Source of the DNA: Candidatus Bathyarchaeum tardum
GTDB taxonomy: Archaea > Thermoproteota > Bathyarchaeia > Bathyarchaeales > Bathyarchaeaceae
Length of the DNA: 64,000 nt
Direction: 5' to 3'
NCBI GenBank assembly: GCA_024650005.2
Contig: CP122380.1
Span: 1,280,001 to 1,344,000 of the forward strand
The notes under the pieces were generated by a model, which searched no databases, was not told the origin of the DNA, and saw nothing but the letters and a program-made list of their open reading frames with translations. Shown one piece after another: positions 49,459 to 61,811 of the stretch. Position 1 is the first letter of the stretch, and each line of letters begins with the position of its first letter. The translations under genes and the position numbers were made by a program.

Positions 49459-51816
49459 TCATTTAATTTCTCCAAATCCATTTTTCTTTTTAAAAAACAC
49501 CATCACAAAAGCAGACCCTAAAAACAAAGGTAAAATAATCCATGAAAGAAACTCTGGAATTGCATCTATTCCAATTATTTCCACTGTTTTGTTGCTGTGA
49601 TTGTAGGTGAAATAAAGGTAAGTGCTAGTCTTGTCTTCGTTGACTGTTGTCGTAACAAAAGCTCCATCCACTAGAACAGTCCAGTTGCCTTCTGTGCTTA
49701 ACAGACCTTTGGGAACCATTACTCTACAGAACCCTATTGTGCCATTTTCATCCTCTACATCAAACTGTATCAGAGCGTTTTCAGGACTGAAACTGAAATC
49801 TGAAACCGTGGAATTGCTTAACACAAAAACGCTGTAGGGAATCCATTCCCATATTCCAGCATCAAAAATATTAACAGGAGACATAAGCGGGTAATTGTCG
49901 TGATTTTTTTCGTTTATGGCATATGGGGATTCTCCAATTTCGTCGCCGTTACTGTCTGTGCCATTATAGTTGCTCCAGTAGTTTCCCTCACTTCCATTAT
50001 CCCAAATATTAACGGCAGGAGTCAAATCTTGCCACCAAGCGCCCTCTGCAACATCAGCCACATTATTTTCGTTATCCACAAAATTGTTGTAATAGATGAT
50101 ATTGTTAGGAGAAGGATAATAAAACACATTCAGGAACATGGCTCCGCTGAAGAAAACACCGTCTCCATTCTCCCTTATGTTGTTTCCAACTATTATGTTG
50201 CTTGAGGAACCCCAGAATTTGATGCCGTTATTATTGTTTGTGATGGTGTTTCCAGTTATTGTCGAGTGGTTTGTGAATGCTAGAAATATTCCATCTCCAT
50301 TGTTGGCGAGGTTCAGGTTTTGAACAGTTATGTTTTCACACTTAACGAGTGCAACATACCCCGCTTCGTGGGGCACAATTTTGTTTTGCTGGTTAACCCA
50401 GTAGATTATTGGTTTTCCATCAACAAGGTTTGATGTGTCAACATCATTTTCGAAGCTGATTCCCCGAACATCAAAGTTAATGCGGTTGTTGGTCATCCTA
50501 TTGTTTCTGAGGGCGTTGCCAGAAGAAACGTAAATTCCATAATTTTTATTGTCTGTCACATTGTTTCCAGTCAGGATGTTCGAACCAGCATCTAGGATTA
50601 TGCCCATCGCATTATTTTCATAAATAATGTTATCAGAAATCTTGTTGTTAGATGAATGTACTGAGATGCCAAAATCATTAGCTGTTATTTTGTTTTGAGA
50701 AAGGATGTTGTTTCCGCCTCTTTCGCTGATGCCATAATCGTTTGAGGCTATTTCATTTTCTGAAATCGTGTTTTCTGTGGAGTTTGATTCTGTAATGATG
50801 CCTGCATAACTATTTTGTGTTATCGAATTTTTTGTGATGAAATTATGGGAGGACTCTTGAAGACTGATTCCCATTGAAAAGTTTTGAACATTATTTTCTA
50901 TGATGTTGATGTTCGAAGAGTGAACAAGCTCTATTCCTCTTCCCCCTGCACCTATCATCGTGTTTTGGATCAGTGTGGAGTTTGTTGTAGAAAAAATTTT
51001 TATTCCTTGTCCATTCTGGGAGAGGTCCAAGTTTTTAACAGTTATACGTGTACAATTTATCAGCACCACACATCCAGCATCCGAGGGCACAGTTCTGTTT
51101 TCTTCATTAAGCCAGTAATAAATCGGTAACCCATCAATCGTGTTTGAAACATCAACATCGTTAACTACTTTGTGAGTTGGGTAGGCACTGACCTCAAAGT
51201 TGGCTCTGTTATTTCTCATTTGATTGTTTCTTAATACGTTATTTGCACAATTTTTCAGCTCGATACCTACTACACCGTCTGTTACTAGATTTTCCAAGAT
51301 AGAATTGTCAGAAGAATCATAAATTAGGATGCCTCGAAAAGCATTTGTTATTGTGTTTTTTTCAATCGTATTGTTAGTTGATCGCCATAAATAGAGGTTG
51401 TAGGCATCACCAGTTACTGTATTGTTAAAGATTAAACAGTTTGAAGTATCAACCAGATATATTCCATATCCGCCGCCTATTTCTATTTTTACATTTTTCA
51501 CTGTTACATTATTTCTCTCTGAGAGAACTATACCCCGAGTGTCTGCATGAACAGTGAAACCTGCCCCATCTATCACAATGTTATCCTTTTCAACATATAT
51601 TCCATCTTGATCAGCACGTGGAAGACGTTCAAGTCGTAAATTTCCCAAAAGAGTGTAAACATTTCCTTCTCGTTGAATCTTGTCTGTTCCCTCAACTGTT
51701 CCATCAGTTCTGATGTAAATTGCATTACCTTGTGCCTTCACTATCTCAACGTTCAAAGAAATATGCCAAACAGAACCGAGAAGAATAATCAAAACGAGGA
51801 GTGAGAGCTTGTTCAT
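49459..51816 (-). CDS. NosD/CASH parallel beta-helix surface protein with PEF-CTERM-like anchor
   Basis: IYI..DG.VEGT..I; many GI.L..S.NN.I..N repeats; ND.D.SN..DG.PIYYW twice; WDNG..GNYWS; IPEF plus TM. Confidence 0.9.
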   Translation of the reverse strand: MNKLSLLVLIILLGSVWHISLNVEIVKAQGNAIYIRTDGTVEGTDKIQREGNVYTLLGNLRLERLPRADQDGIYVEKDNIVIDGAGFTVHADTRGIVLSERNNVTVKNVKIEIGGGYGIYLVDTSNCLIFNNTVTGDAYNLYLWRSTNNTIEKNTITNAFRGILIYDSSDNSILENLVTDGVVGIELKNCANNVLRNNQMRNNRANFEVSAYPTHKVVNDVDVSNTIDGLPIYYWLNEENRTVPSDAGCVVLINCTRITVKNLDLSQNGQGIKIFSTTNSTLIQNTMIGAGGRGIELVHSSNINIIENNVQNFSMGISLQESSHNFITKNSITQNSYAGIITESNSTENTISENEIASNDYGISERGGNNILSQNKITANDFGISVHSSNNKISDNIIYENNAMGIILDAGSNILTGNNVTDNKNYGIYVSSGNALRNNRMTNNRINFDVRGISFENDVDTSNLVDGKPIIYWVNQQNKIVPHEAGYVALVKCENITVQNLNLANNGDGIFLAFTNHSTITGNTITNNNNGIKFWGSSSNIIVGNNIRENGDGVFFSGAMFLNVFYYPSPNNIIYYNNFVDNENNVADVAEGAWWQDLTPAVNIWDNGSEGNYWSNYNGTDSNGDEIGESPYAINEKNHDNYPLMSPVNIFDAGIWEWIPYSVFVLSNSTVSDFSFSPENALIQFDVEDENGTIGFCRVMVPKGLLSTEGNWTVLVDGAFVTTTVNEDKTSTYLYFTYNHSNKTVEIIGIDAIPEFLSWIILPLFLGSAFVMVFFKKKNGFGEIK

Positions 51817-51817
51817 T

Positions 51818-53425
51818 CTAATCCTTTCTTTGAATTTTGTTTCTAACAAATAACATGGTCAACGTCACTGAAATGAAAAGAGGTAGAATTATCCATGACG
51901 AAAACTCTGGAATGTCACAGGGTTTCATCAGTGGGTAGTGGTCGATGTTATTTTCGTTGATGTAAAAAGGTGTGTCTCCTATTCCTGTGTTGCCGATTTC
52001 GGAGGCGTTTGGGTATCTGATAAAGTAGTCACTCCAGTAGTTGCCTCGGGTTCCGTTATCCCAACTGCTTGGATTAGCGACGAGCGCATCCCTAGAAGGA
52101 GGTATCATGGAGACCTGTATTTTGTCGCCTGCTCCGTTGTCGATGAAGTTGTTGTGATATATCACGTTGTCGTGTTGGTCGCCGAGAAGTCGGATGCCCC
52201 ATTCGTTGTTGCGTGTCACGTTGTTTTCGACAAAAAAGTTGTTACATGCATGCAGGAGTTTGACACCGAAGTAGTCTAATGAATAGTCTTCGTAAGGAAA
52301 GTGGTAGTAGTTTTCTTCTTTGCCGAAACCGTTGTTTGCCACGCTGTTCTGGTTCATTATGTTGCAATGTGAGTTGGTGAGAAGCATGCCGTAGTAACTG
52401 TTGCTACTGATGTTATTGGCTACGATTGTGTTGTCGTTGCAGGCAGTGAGTTCCAAACCAAATTCGTTTTTTACCATCGAGTTTCCTGTTATTGTGTTGT
52501 TTGAAGATTTAATCATTTGAATGCCGAATTGGCCACCTGAAAGAGTGTTTCCGGCTATTAACGAGTTGGTTGTTGAGAACATGCTCACGCCGATTGCATT
52601 TAGGTTCTGGGCGGTTATGTTGTTACAGTTGGAGAGCACCACGTAACCCGCGTCTGAAGGCACGGTTTCGTCTCTGTGACCCATCCAATATATTATTGGT
52701 TTTCCGTTGACCAAATTTGAGGTGTCGATATCGTTGTCGAAACTGTAAGCCTTGAATGCGATTCCTGTGCAGTTAATGGTGTTGTTTCGGAACAGGTTTT
52801 GGTTGCCTCTGAGGGAAACGCCGATTGCTATGCTATTTATGATGTTGTCTGAAAACGTGTTATTGGACTCCATTAGGCTCAATCCAATTAAAGAATCATA
52901 GACAGTGTTCTTTGCGACAACGTTTTCTTGGCACCAGTAGTTTGGTGACTGATAAAACTCGAATGCGTATGATGCCTGGGAAACGGTGTTTCCAGTGACG
53001 TTGTTTCTCCATGACCACCAAAAATAAACAGCTTTTTCAGAGTTTATTATAGTATTTCCAAAAATGTTGTTATCATCGGCGTAAGTGAGGTCGATTCCAC
53101 GATACGTATCTTTTATAACAAGGTTCTTGACAGTAACGTAATGTCGGTAATGCAATTTGATGCCGTATCCACTGTTTGCTGACAGGGTGTATCCTGCGCC
53201 GTCGATTACGATGTTGTCTCTTTCAACAGAAATAGAGCCAGAAACGTTGCCCGTAAAAGAATAAAAAATTCCAGTTCGTTCTATCTTATCGGTTCCCTCA
53301 ACGGTTCCATCAGCTTTAATGTAAATCGTATTGCCCTGTGCCTTAACTACTCTAATCTTAGGAATAGACGCCAAAACAAGGAGAGAAATCAGAAAAACAG
53401 AAAAAAATAGTTTAATTTTGTTCAT
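51818..53425 (-). CDS. NosD/CASH parallel beta-helix surface protein with PEF-CTERM-like anchor
   Basis: Same repeats; WDNG..GNYWSDY; IPEFSSW plus TM. Confidence 0.9.
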   Translation of the reverse strand: MNKIKLFFSVFLISLLVLASIPKIRVVKAQGNTIYIKADGTVEGTDKIERTGIFYSFTGNVSGSISVERDNIVIDGAGYTLSANSGYGIKLHYRHYVTVKNLVIKDTYRGIDLTYADDNNIFGNTIINSEKAVYFWWSWRNNVTGNTVSQASYAFEFYQSPNYWCQENVVAKNTVYDSLIGLSLMESNNTFSDNIINSIAIGVSLRGNQNLFRNNTINCTGIAFKAYSFDNDIDTSNLVNGKPIIYWMGHRDETVPSDAGYVVLSNCNNITAQNLNAIGVSMFSTTNSLIAGNTLSGGQFGIQMIKSSNNTITGNSMVKNEFGLELTACNDNTIVANNISSNSYYGMLLTNSHCNIMNQNSVANNGFGKEENYYHFPYEDYSLDYFGVKLLHACNNFFVENNVTRNNEWGIRLLGDQHDNVIYHNNFIDNGAGDKIQVSMIPPSRDALVANPSSWDNGTRGNYWSDYFIRYPNASEIGNTGIGDTPFYINENNIDHYPLMKPCDIPEFSSWIILPLFISVTLTMLFVRNKIQRKD

Positions 53426-54519
53426 GGTTTCATCCCCTTCTTAATTCTCTGTCTAAAAAATACTGATAAAATCAAAACAACAGATAACCCAGCAACTAAA
53501 ACTGTCCATGAAGAAAACTCTGGAATATAGTCTGCTGGAGTATATTTTTCTACTGTTGCTGTTGATCCCTGTAAATAGCCGGGGCAACCCCCTATTGCGT
53601 AAAGTTGGTCGTCCACAACGGTCGCATCTAAACCAAATGATGGTGTGATCATATCAGCTCCTGAACTCCATGTGTCCTTTTCTGGATCGTATACTTGATT
53701 TTTGTTTGTGGACCAATAAAAGCCAGTGAATCCACCTATGACATAGATTCCTTTGGGTGCTCCAAGTCCCGTTGTTGCGCCTGCAGCAGCCTGTTGTATG
53801 GGATAAGGAATTGGAGCGCCTTGACTCCACGTATCTGTTTTTGGGTCGTAAATTTGAGTTGGATTTACTAGACTATCGCTATAGGCACGTGAAGTTCCCG
53901 AGATTACATAGATTTTGTCGTCAACAACTGCTGTGGCATAATCTAATGTCGCAGTGGGGATTGGCGTTTTTGTAGTCCAAGAATCATCGATAGGATCATA
54001 AACAAGGGTTTCGTCGCTTGTTGTTTTGACAGTACTATTTGCTAGTTGAGTAAATCCACCGATTAGATAGATTTTACCCTCTACGACATTTGCTGATAAA
54101 CCAGCTTTGGGTACGGGAATTGACTTTTTTGTTGCCCATGAGTCTGTTGCCGGGTCGTAGACTTCATTTACGCCTGTAAGTTCAGCAGTCCATTGTCCTG
54201 ATCTGGTCAATCCCCCAATTGCATATATTCTATCTTGAAGAACGACTATAGCAAAATCTCCTCTTGCGGTTGGCATAGGCATTTTGGTTGTCCAGCTGTT
54301 TTTTGCCGGATCGTACTCTTCATTAATGTCACTTTGGACGCCCCCAATTGCGTAGATTTTACAATTCACAACAGCAACTCCCAGACTACTTCTACTAGTC
54401 GGCATAGGCTCGATTGTTGTCCACGAATCTTCAGTTGCCCTAACTAAAGGGATTGATAAAGCGGGCAGAACAACAGAAAGAAACAGCAACAGAGCAAACA
54501 AACACGCAGACTTTTTCAC
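53422..54519 (-). CDS. Kelch-repeat surface protein with PEF-CTERM-like anchor
   Basis: GTG start overlapping the upstream stop; signal peptide; Kelch repeats; IPEFSSW. Confidence 0.9.
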   Translation of the reverse strand: MKKSACLFALLLFLSVVLPALSIPLVRATEDSWTTIEPMPTSRSSLGVAVVNCKIYAIGGVQSDINEEYDPAKNSWTTKMPMPTARGDFAIVVLQDRIYAIGGLTRSGQWTAELTGVNEVYDPATDSWATKKSIPVPKAGLSANVVEGKIYLIGGFTQLANSTVKTTSDETLVYDPIDDSWTTKTPIPTATLDYATAVVDDKIYVISGTSRAYSDSLVNPTQIYDPKTDTWSQGAPIPYPIQQAAAGATTGLGAPKGIYVIGGFTGFYWSTNKNQVYDPEKDTWSSGADMITPSFGLDATVVDDQLYAIGGCPGYLQGSTATVEKYTPADYIPEFSSWTVLVAGLSVVLILSVFFRQRIKKGMKP

Positions 54520-55574
54520 TGGTTCTTGCTCCTTTGGTTTTGTTTGTGTAGCTTTTTTCTGTAAACAACTGCCACAGCTACAAAGGCAACTAGCATAATC
54601 AGTAGGGGTGTCCATGAAGGAAACTCTGGGATATATCCTATTGGCGTGTATCTTTCATTGGCAACCATGCCGCTGGCTCCTGGTCCTCCGAGCGCGTATA
54701 AAACATCATCGATAATTACTACACCTAATCCATAGCGGTTTGTTGGCATTGCGGCACCAATAGACCACGAATCTGTTTCTGGATTGTAGATTTGGTTATG
54801 ATTGAAAGTTGGGTTGCCGCCTAACACGTAGATTCTTTCAGTAGCAAAAGTGCCCTTTGTTGCTCCTGCTGCTGCCCCCCACCCAGGATTTGGCATGGAA
54901 GTGCCATTAATCCATAAGTTGGTTATTGGGTCAAATATTAGCGTCAAATCCTTGGTGAAAATGTAGATTTTGTTAGCATATGCTGTAGATGCATAGTTAG
55001 AAACCTTGACTGGAGGCTCAGTTGATGTGCTCCATGTGTCTGTTTTTGGGTCATATACTTCATTTATGTTTGGCACATAAGAAGGGTTATTAAAATTCAT
55101 AGGCTTGCCGCCACCAATAACATAGATTTTATCGTTAACTACATTCGCATCCATGAATGATCGGGGTGTGGGCATTGGAGCCTTAGTTTCCCATGTGTCT
55201 GTTTCTGGATCATAGACTTCATTTATCCCTGTAACTTCTTCAGGAAAATCACCCCCGCCTCCAATACAATAAATTTTGTTATCATAAACCGCTATGGCAA
55301 ATGAACTCCTTTTTGTGGGCATAGGTGTTTTATTTTTCCAAGTATTTGTCTTCGGGTCATATTCTTGGTTAAACCTAACTTCTCCTTGGTGATAGCCGCC
55401 TATGACGTAAATTTTTCCATTTACAGTAGCAACCCCAGGTTCCAATCTTCCATATGGAATATCAGCCATAATCTCCCAAGAATTATCAATAGCATAAACT
55501 CTACAAACCAGCATCGGTGATAACAAAAACACATGAACAAAAAACAGAATTATGATTGACAAACCTTTGTTCAT
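54516..55574 (-). CDS. Kelch-repeat surface protein with PEF-CTERM-like anchor
   Basis: MNKGLS signal peptide; Kelch repeats; IPEFPSW. Confidence 0.9.
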   Translation of the reverse strand: MNKGLSIIILFFVHVFLLSPMLVCRVYAIDNSWEIMADIPYGRLEPGVATVNGKIYVIGGYHQGEVRFNQEYDPKTNTWKNKTPMPTKRSSFAIAVYDNKIYCIGGGGDFPEEVTGINEVYDPETDTWETKAPMPTPRSFMDANVVNDKIYVIGGGKPMNFNNPSYVPNINEVYDPKTDTWSTSTEPPVKVSNYASTAYANKIYIFTKDLTLIFDPITNLWINGTSMPNPGWGAAAGATKGTFATERIYVLGGNPTFNHNQIYNPETDSWSIGAAMPTNRYGLGVVIIDDVLYALGGPGASGMVANERYTPIGYIPEFPSWTPLLIMLVAFVAVAVVYRKKLHKQNQRSKNQ

Positions 55575-55575
55575 A

Positions 55576-56646
55576 TTAAAATACCCCCTTGTTTGCATTT
55601 TGTTTTAGTTTTTGGTTAGCTTTTATCACTACCAACGTTATGGCGCTTAGTATTGGTAAAATGCTCCATGTTGGAAATTCGGGGATTTTAGTAATGTCAA
55701 CTTGAGTCATTAATGGGTTATTATCTTGGTTGTATTCATCAATAACGTACGCTGAATCTCCAAAACCGTTTCCATCTACATCTTCTCCATGGTAATCGGT
55801 CCAATAGTTTTCGTTAATTGTGTTGTTCGAATAAGTATACCCAAAGGTTTGTGCATACCACTCATTGGCAGAGAGTTGTTCAGTGTTGTTGATGAAGTTG
55901 TTGTGGTATATTGTGTTGTTATTGGAAGTGTAGATTACAATCCCAGTTCCTGCATCTGTTATTGTGTTTCTTGTTATCGTGTTTTGATGAGAGTTTTGAA
56001 ATCTTATTCCTACATTTACGGTGGTTACAACTGTGCAGTTTTCGATTGTGTTTTCGGCAACTGTGTTGTTGTGGCTACTATAAATCTGGATGCCCTCAAC
56101 AAATGCTGTAATGTAATTTTTATAAACAAAATTATTTGATGACCCATAAAGTCGAATAGAGCCTGAACTTCCAATTGACTCAAAATAGTTTTCAGTTATG
56201 TTGTTGTTTTCAGAACAGCTTAATAATACTCCATGCACGCCCCCTGCTATCCTATTTCCTGAAATGACACAATTTTTTACAGAAGCCAATTGGATTCCTG
56301 CATAACCATAAAGTATCTTGAAACAAGAAACCGACACATTATCTGCGTTTATCCTAATGGGGATTCTATGCATCTCTGAGGTGGGGAATCCATCTATTAT
56401 TGTTGTGTCCACGTTTTCTCCAATCAACGACAACGACTTGTTAATCACAAGATTCTCATGATACTCGCCACGTAGCACATAAACAACATCACCAGCCACA
56501 GCAGCATCAATAGCCTCTTGGATAGAACCATAATCGTCAGGAACAACAAGGGTGTTCTGTTCTGCATAAACTTCTATTCGTGGAAAAGAGAAAAAAATAA
56601 CAAAAAGAAGTAATGCAACCACTATTGTAGATTGAAATTTCTTCAT
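55576..56646 (-). CDS. NosD/CASH parallel beta-helix surface protein with PEF-CTERM-like anchor
   Basis: VPDDY.SIQEAID.A..GD...V..G.Y.EN; beta-helix repeats; IPEFPTW. Confidence 0.9.
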   Translation of the reverse strand: MKKFQSTIVVALLLFVIFFSFPRIEVYAEQNTLVVPDDYGSIQEAIDAAVAGDVVYVLRGEYHENLVINKSLSLIGENVDTTIIDGFPTSEMHRIPIRINADNVSVSCFKILYGYAGIQLASVKNCVISGNRIAGGVHGVLLSCSENNNITENYFESIGSSGSIRLYGSSNNFVYKNYITAFVEGIQIYSSHNNTVAENTIENCTVVTTVNVGIRFQNSHQNTITRNTITDAGTGIVIYTSNNNTIYHNNFINNTEQLSANEWYAQTFGYTYSNNTINENYWTDYHGEDVDGNGFGDSAYVIDEYNQDNNPLMTQVDITKIPEFPTWSILPILSAITLVVIKANQKLKQNANKGVF

Positions 56647-56692
56647 TTTCAACTAAATATTATTAATTTTTGAGTTATCAAAAAGGGTTTTT

Positions 56693-56752
56693 GTCAAGAA
56701 ACCTTGACTAAAAGGATGTTTTTGAACAGTAAAACAGTCAAGAAATTTTGAC
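56693..56752. promoter_or_regulatory. Two GTCAA-N6-TTGAC operators upstream of the five-gene surface-protein operon
   Basis: GTCAAGAAACCTTGAC (56693-56708) and GTCAAGAAATTTTGAC (56737-56752). Confidence 0.75.
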
Positions 56753-56853
56753 TAAACACGATAATAAAAAAAGAAAAAACCTAACCCTAGTTTTTAGATG
56801 TTAGGTGGGCTTTGGCGCTCGTCCGATCAACTCCAGTCGGAATTGGCTAACTT

Positions 56854-58347
<1,494 letters not shown>

Positions 58348-58784
58348 TAAACTGTTATTGTATTGGAGTATCTTATATTGCCACAAAACCAACTGGAATT
58401 GCGGATAAAGCGCCAAAGCCCACTTCGGAAATGATCTAAATCAGATCCTCATCTTTGTTGCCGCAACCGGAGTCAACTCATCATTCACGGGCGTGAAACG
58501 CCTTTATCGTCTGAGTTGAAGCCGCCTTAGGTCACGGCTTTGCAGTTTCGTTACCAAGAGGGTATCTTGGTAAGAGCGTGCATTCTTACCATGTTTTAGG
58601 TCAACTTAATTAACCTTTCTGAAACGGTGAAACCGTTGAACAGCCATTTTTTTGGTTCAAATATGACGCACATATGAACAGTGAGTGTGTTGGTTCCAAT
58701 AGATATACTTGGAATGTTTATGCTTGATACGGATTTAAGTGACATAAAGTATAATGCTTGAAGCTCCAAATAGTGTTAATTTAG

Positions 58785-59006
58785 GTGCAAACATTGGAAA
58801 TGCTATCAGCCTGCAAAGAATTGATCGAGGACGCAAAAATGGGGTGTTCAGATCTTGTTTTCAAAGACATGTGCCTAGACATACTTGCCAAAGCAAGACT
58901 TATTTTAACTAATGAACAGTTTGAAGAGCTAAGATTCTTTGCTGAAGAAAAACTGAAAACAGAACAGTTACCAGTTAATCCAGGAAGAAAAATTCGAATT
59001 GACTAA
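58785..59006 (+). CDS. Small hypothetical protein
   Basis: Clean helical ORF; no family recognised. Confidence 0.6.
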   Translation: MQTLEMLSACKELIEDAKMGCSDLVFKDMCLDILAKARLILTNEQFEELRFFAEEKLKTEQLPVNPGRKIRID

Positions 59007-59125
59007 TTTTCAAGTTTATTTTTTATTTGTCTTGTTTTAAGTTGTTTTGTTCTAAGAAATGAACCAGTCTAAGGCTTGAAAAAATTAAAGTTCTAGTTTT
59101 ACTGATACAAGCGTGAGATGAACAC

Positions 59126-60325
59126 ATGTCTGTAAACTTAGATTATGAGATTGAATTGTTGTCACGATTAGTGGAAATAAACACTGAATCAGTTCCAAAA
59201 AAAGGCTACGATGAATGTGCTCAGATAATTATTGATGAAGCAGAAAAAAACGGCTTGAAATGGGAAATAGTTGACGGCCAAAAAGGAGCAAAGGATGGGC
59301 TTTCCCGTCCAAATGTTATTATTAGTTTAGATTCTGGATCAGATACTACGTTGCTTGTTGAGTCTCATTTCGATGTTGTTCCAACTGGAACAGGATGGAA
59401 GTATCCTCCATTCAAACTTACTGTAGAAGAAGACAAAGCCTACGGGCGAGGAACAGCAGATAACAAAGCAGGCATCGCGGCGGCATTGGGTGCTATGCGT
59501 CAATTAAGCAACAAAGAGTTAGATTTTAACATTAAACTTATTGCCGGAGTGGACGAAGAAATCGGTGGCCGATACGGTGTCGACTACGTGATGAACCAAT
59601 GGGGACTTAACGGCGATGCAGCTTTGATTGTTGATGCAGGCCCAGAAGGCTTGTTTTTGGGCGCCAGTGGAATTATCTGGGGAAAAATAACAATAACTGG
59701 AAAACAAGGCCATGCGGGGTATCCGTTCAAAGCAAAAAATGCGATTCATCAGACCATGAAATTGCTTACGGAGTTTAAAAACTATCAGAAAATGGTGGAA
59801 AAAAAGCAGTCTGTGTTGCGTGCACCAACGGGTTCTCCGTTTGATTTTGTTTGGGGCAGATATTCTGTAACTATGATAAATGCTGGAGAAAAAGAAAACG
59901 TAATACCCGGCACTTGTGAGGCTCGTTTTGACCGACGGTTGCTACCTGAAGAGCCATTAGAAGAAGCAGAGGAAGAACTGATGGGTTTTTTCCAAAAAGC
60001 AGTTGAAAAAACTGGTTGTGAAGCAACCTTAGAATTGGTTAATCGTCAGCAGGGTTATCATACGTCTAAGGATTTGGTTTTTGTTCAGACAGTTTTGGAG
60101 AATATTAAGAAAACTACAGGGCAAAACTTGCCTTTAGCTGCAGAATTAGGAGGAAATGATGGAAGCTTTTTTGCACAAAAAGGAATTCCAGTGATCTGTC
60201 ACGGAACAATACGGGAAGACACAAGATACCACGGAATCGATGAATTCGTTTATCTGCAAGACATGAAAAACACACGGGACCTAATCATAAATCTGGGAAA
60301 AGAGCCAAAAACCAAAATCAAGTAA
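59126..60325 (+). CDS. M20 family metallo-hydrolase (ArgE/DapE-like)
   Basis: SHFDVVP, YGRGTADNKAG, DEEIGG, G.QGHAG, GGND, HG.DE. Confidence 0.92.
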   Translation: MSVNLDYEIELLSRLVEINTESVPKKGYDECAQIIIDEAEKNGLKWEIVDGQKGAKDGLSRPNVIISLDSGSDTTLLVESHFDVVPTGTGWKYPPFKLTVEEDKAYGRGTADNKAGIAAALGAMRQLSNKELDFNIKLIAGVDEEIGGRYGVDYVMNQWGLNGDAALIVDAGPEGLFLGASGIIWGKITITGKQGHAGYPFKAKNAIHQTMKLLTEFKNYQKMVEKKQSVLRAPTGSPFDFVWGRYSVTMINAGEKENVIPGTCEARFDRRLLPEEPLEEAEEELMGFFQKAVEKTGCEATLELVNRQQGYHTSKDLVFVQTVLENIKKTTGQNLPLAAELGGNDGSFFAQKGIPVICHGTIREDTRYHGIDEFVYLQDMKNTRDLIINLGKEPKTKIK

Positions 60326-60376
60326 TCACAGGGACTTAGAATTTCTTTTTTTTCTTTTTTAGTTATTTTTGTGGTT

Positions 60377-60417
60377 GTAAAATTTATTTTACAAGAATTT
60401 TGTAAAAGTTTCTTGAC
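60377..60417. promoter_or_regulatory. Operator variants upstream of the membrane wHTH gene
   Basis: GTAAA-N6-TTTAC (60377-60392) and GTAAA-N6-TTGAC (60402-60417), followed by AAAAATGCTTTT as at the surface-protein promoters. Confidence 0.65.
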
Positions 60418-60458
60418 AAAAATGCTTTTGAAGTGCATGGTTTACTCTTAAATAGGGA

Positions 60459-61541
60459 GTGAAAATGGTTGAAGATAAAATTGAGGAAGAAACTTATTCA
60501 CTGATTTTTACGTCGTTAAAACATCCCATACGAAGAAGAATTCTAAGAATGCTTGCAGACAAACCATTAACTTACTCTGAGATTCTAGAAATCCTCAACA
60601 TCGATAGCGGTCATCTAAGTTACCACCTAGAAAATCTAGGAGACCTAACAGTTCATTCCAACAACGGGCAATACCAGCTTTCCAGTTTTGGAAAAGCAGC
60701 AGTTAAGCTTATGGGAGGTGTTGAAGACCAAACACCCCCAAAGCATAAACAAAAAGCTAAACCAATACAAATCTTAAACAAAATTTACCCAATTATCTTG
60801 GCTTTAGCATTAATTAGTGCAAGTCTTCATCTTGTTAATTATACAACGAGAATTGAAACATTATCGACGTCTACTGCAAGCTCAAATTACTGGGTTTATG
60901 ATATTATTACGTTTAGGCTAATAAAAGATCAATCATTTACAATTTCTGCAAACATACAATATGAACAGGGACTGAAAGATAAGATACAATTTATGGGTGA
61001 AAATGATGCATGGCTGTTTTTTATACCTGAATTGCAAAACAGTCTTACGGGTTGGGATGAAACAACAATTTGGCTTGAAACAGAAACCAAAAAAGTTCCA
61101 TCTTGGCTGTATTTTGAACCCCCAGAAGAAATTTCAGTAAAAATTGATGGGGACCAAACATCAAATAAAGAATATAACACGACATTATTCCTAAGGCTCC
61201 CCATCAATGAAACAATAATGTTTAACGGTTCAGGGTTTGAATTTGAAATTTCGTCACCGGATGGGACAATTAAACGTGAATACTATCAAAAAGACATTAA
61301 TTCACTTGACATTAACAGTTTTCCTTCAGTAACAATCACTCAAGAAGGAACTTACACATTCAACATTACTAACCCAAACAATCTAGGTGACCAAAGTGGA
61401 GCTTTAACTTTAAACATTCAGATTGTGCATTTTGAGAAGCCTTACTTTTATTGGGGCGTAGCAGGCGCCATAATTGCAGCAGGATACATTGTTTTAGTCA
61501 CATTTACGAAAGCTGAATCAAAAAACAAATCACACAAATGA
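60459..61541 (+). CDS. Membrane-anchored ArsR-like wHTH regulator with extracytoplasmic domain
   Basis: IF.SLKHPIRRRILRML...LTYSEI......SGHLSYHLENL; TM at ~110-125; ~200-aa beta-rich domain; C-terminal TM. Confidence 0.85.
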   Translation: MKMVEDKIEEETYSLIFTSLKHPIRRRILRMLADKPLTYSEILEILNIDSGHLSYHLENLGDLTVHSNNGQYQLSSFGKAAVKLMGGVEDQTPPKHKQKAKPIQILNKIYPIILALALISASLHLVNYTTRIETLSTSTASSNYWVYDIITFRLIKDQSFTISANIQYEQGLKDKIQFMGENDAWLFFIPELQNSLTGWDETTIWLETETKKVPSWLYFEPPEEISVKIDGDQTSNKEYNTTLFLRLPINETIMFNGSGFEFEISSPDGTIKREYYQKDINSLDINSFPSVTITQEGTYTFNITNPNNLGDQSGALTLNIQIVHFEKPYFYWGVAGAIIAAGYIVLVTFTKAESKNKSHK

Positions 61542-61652
61542 AGAGTTTTTGCAAAATCGGTGTTTACTTTCACTTTTCTCTCCCCTTAGTGGGATGTCGT
61601 TTGGTGTTTGGGTTTTAAATGCTTTCAGAGACAACTTCAGTTTCGATTAGCA

Positions 61653-61811
61653 ATGGTTGCAATAAGTAAAGCAGTTGAAAGATGCAGAAACCCTTGGAAA
61701 ACAAACTGTACAAACACAGATATTGAAGTTTACATTTACTATAAAGATAGTAGTCGTCCAATATGTAGAAAATGTTGGGATAAAATTTCCGAGAAAGACA
61801 TCGAGTGGTAA
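61653..61811 (+). CDS. Small zinc-finger protein
   Basis: CRNPW...C...ICRKCW..I.....EW; start uncertain. Confidence 0.7.
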   Translation: MVAISKAVERCRNPWKTNCTNTDIEVYIYYKDSSRPICRKCWDKISEKDIEW

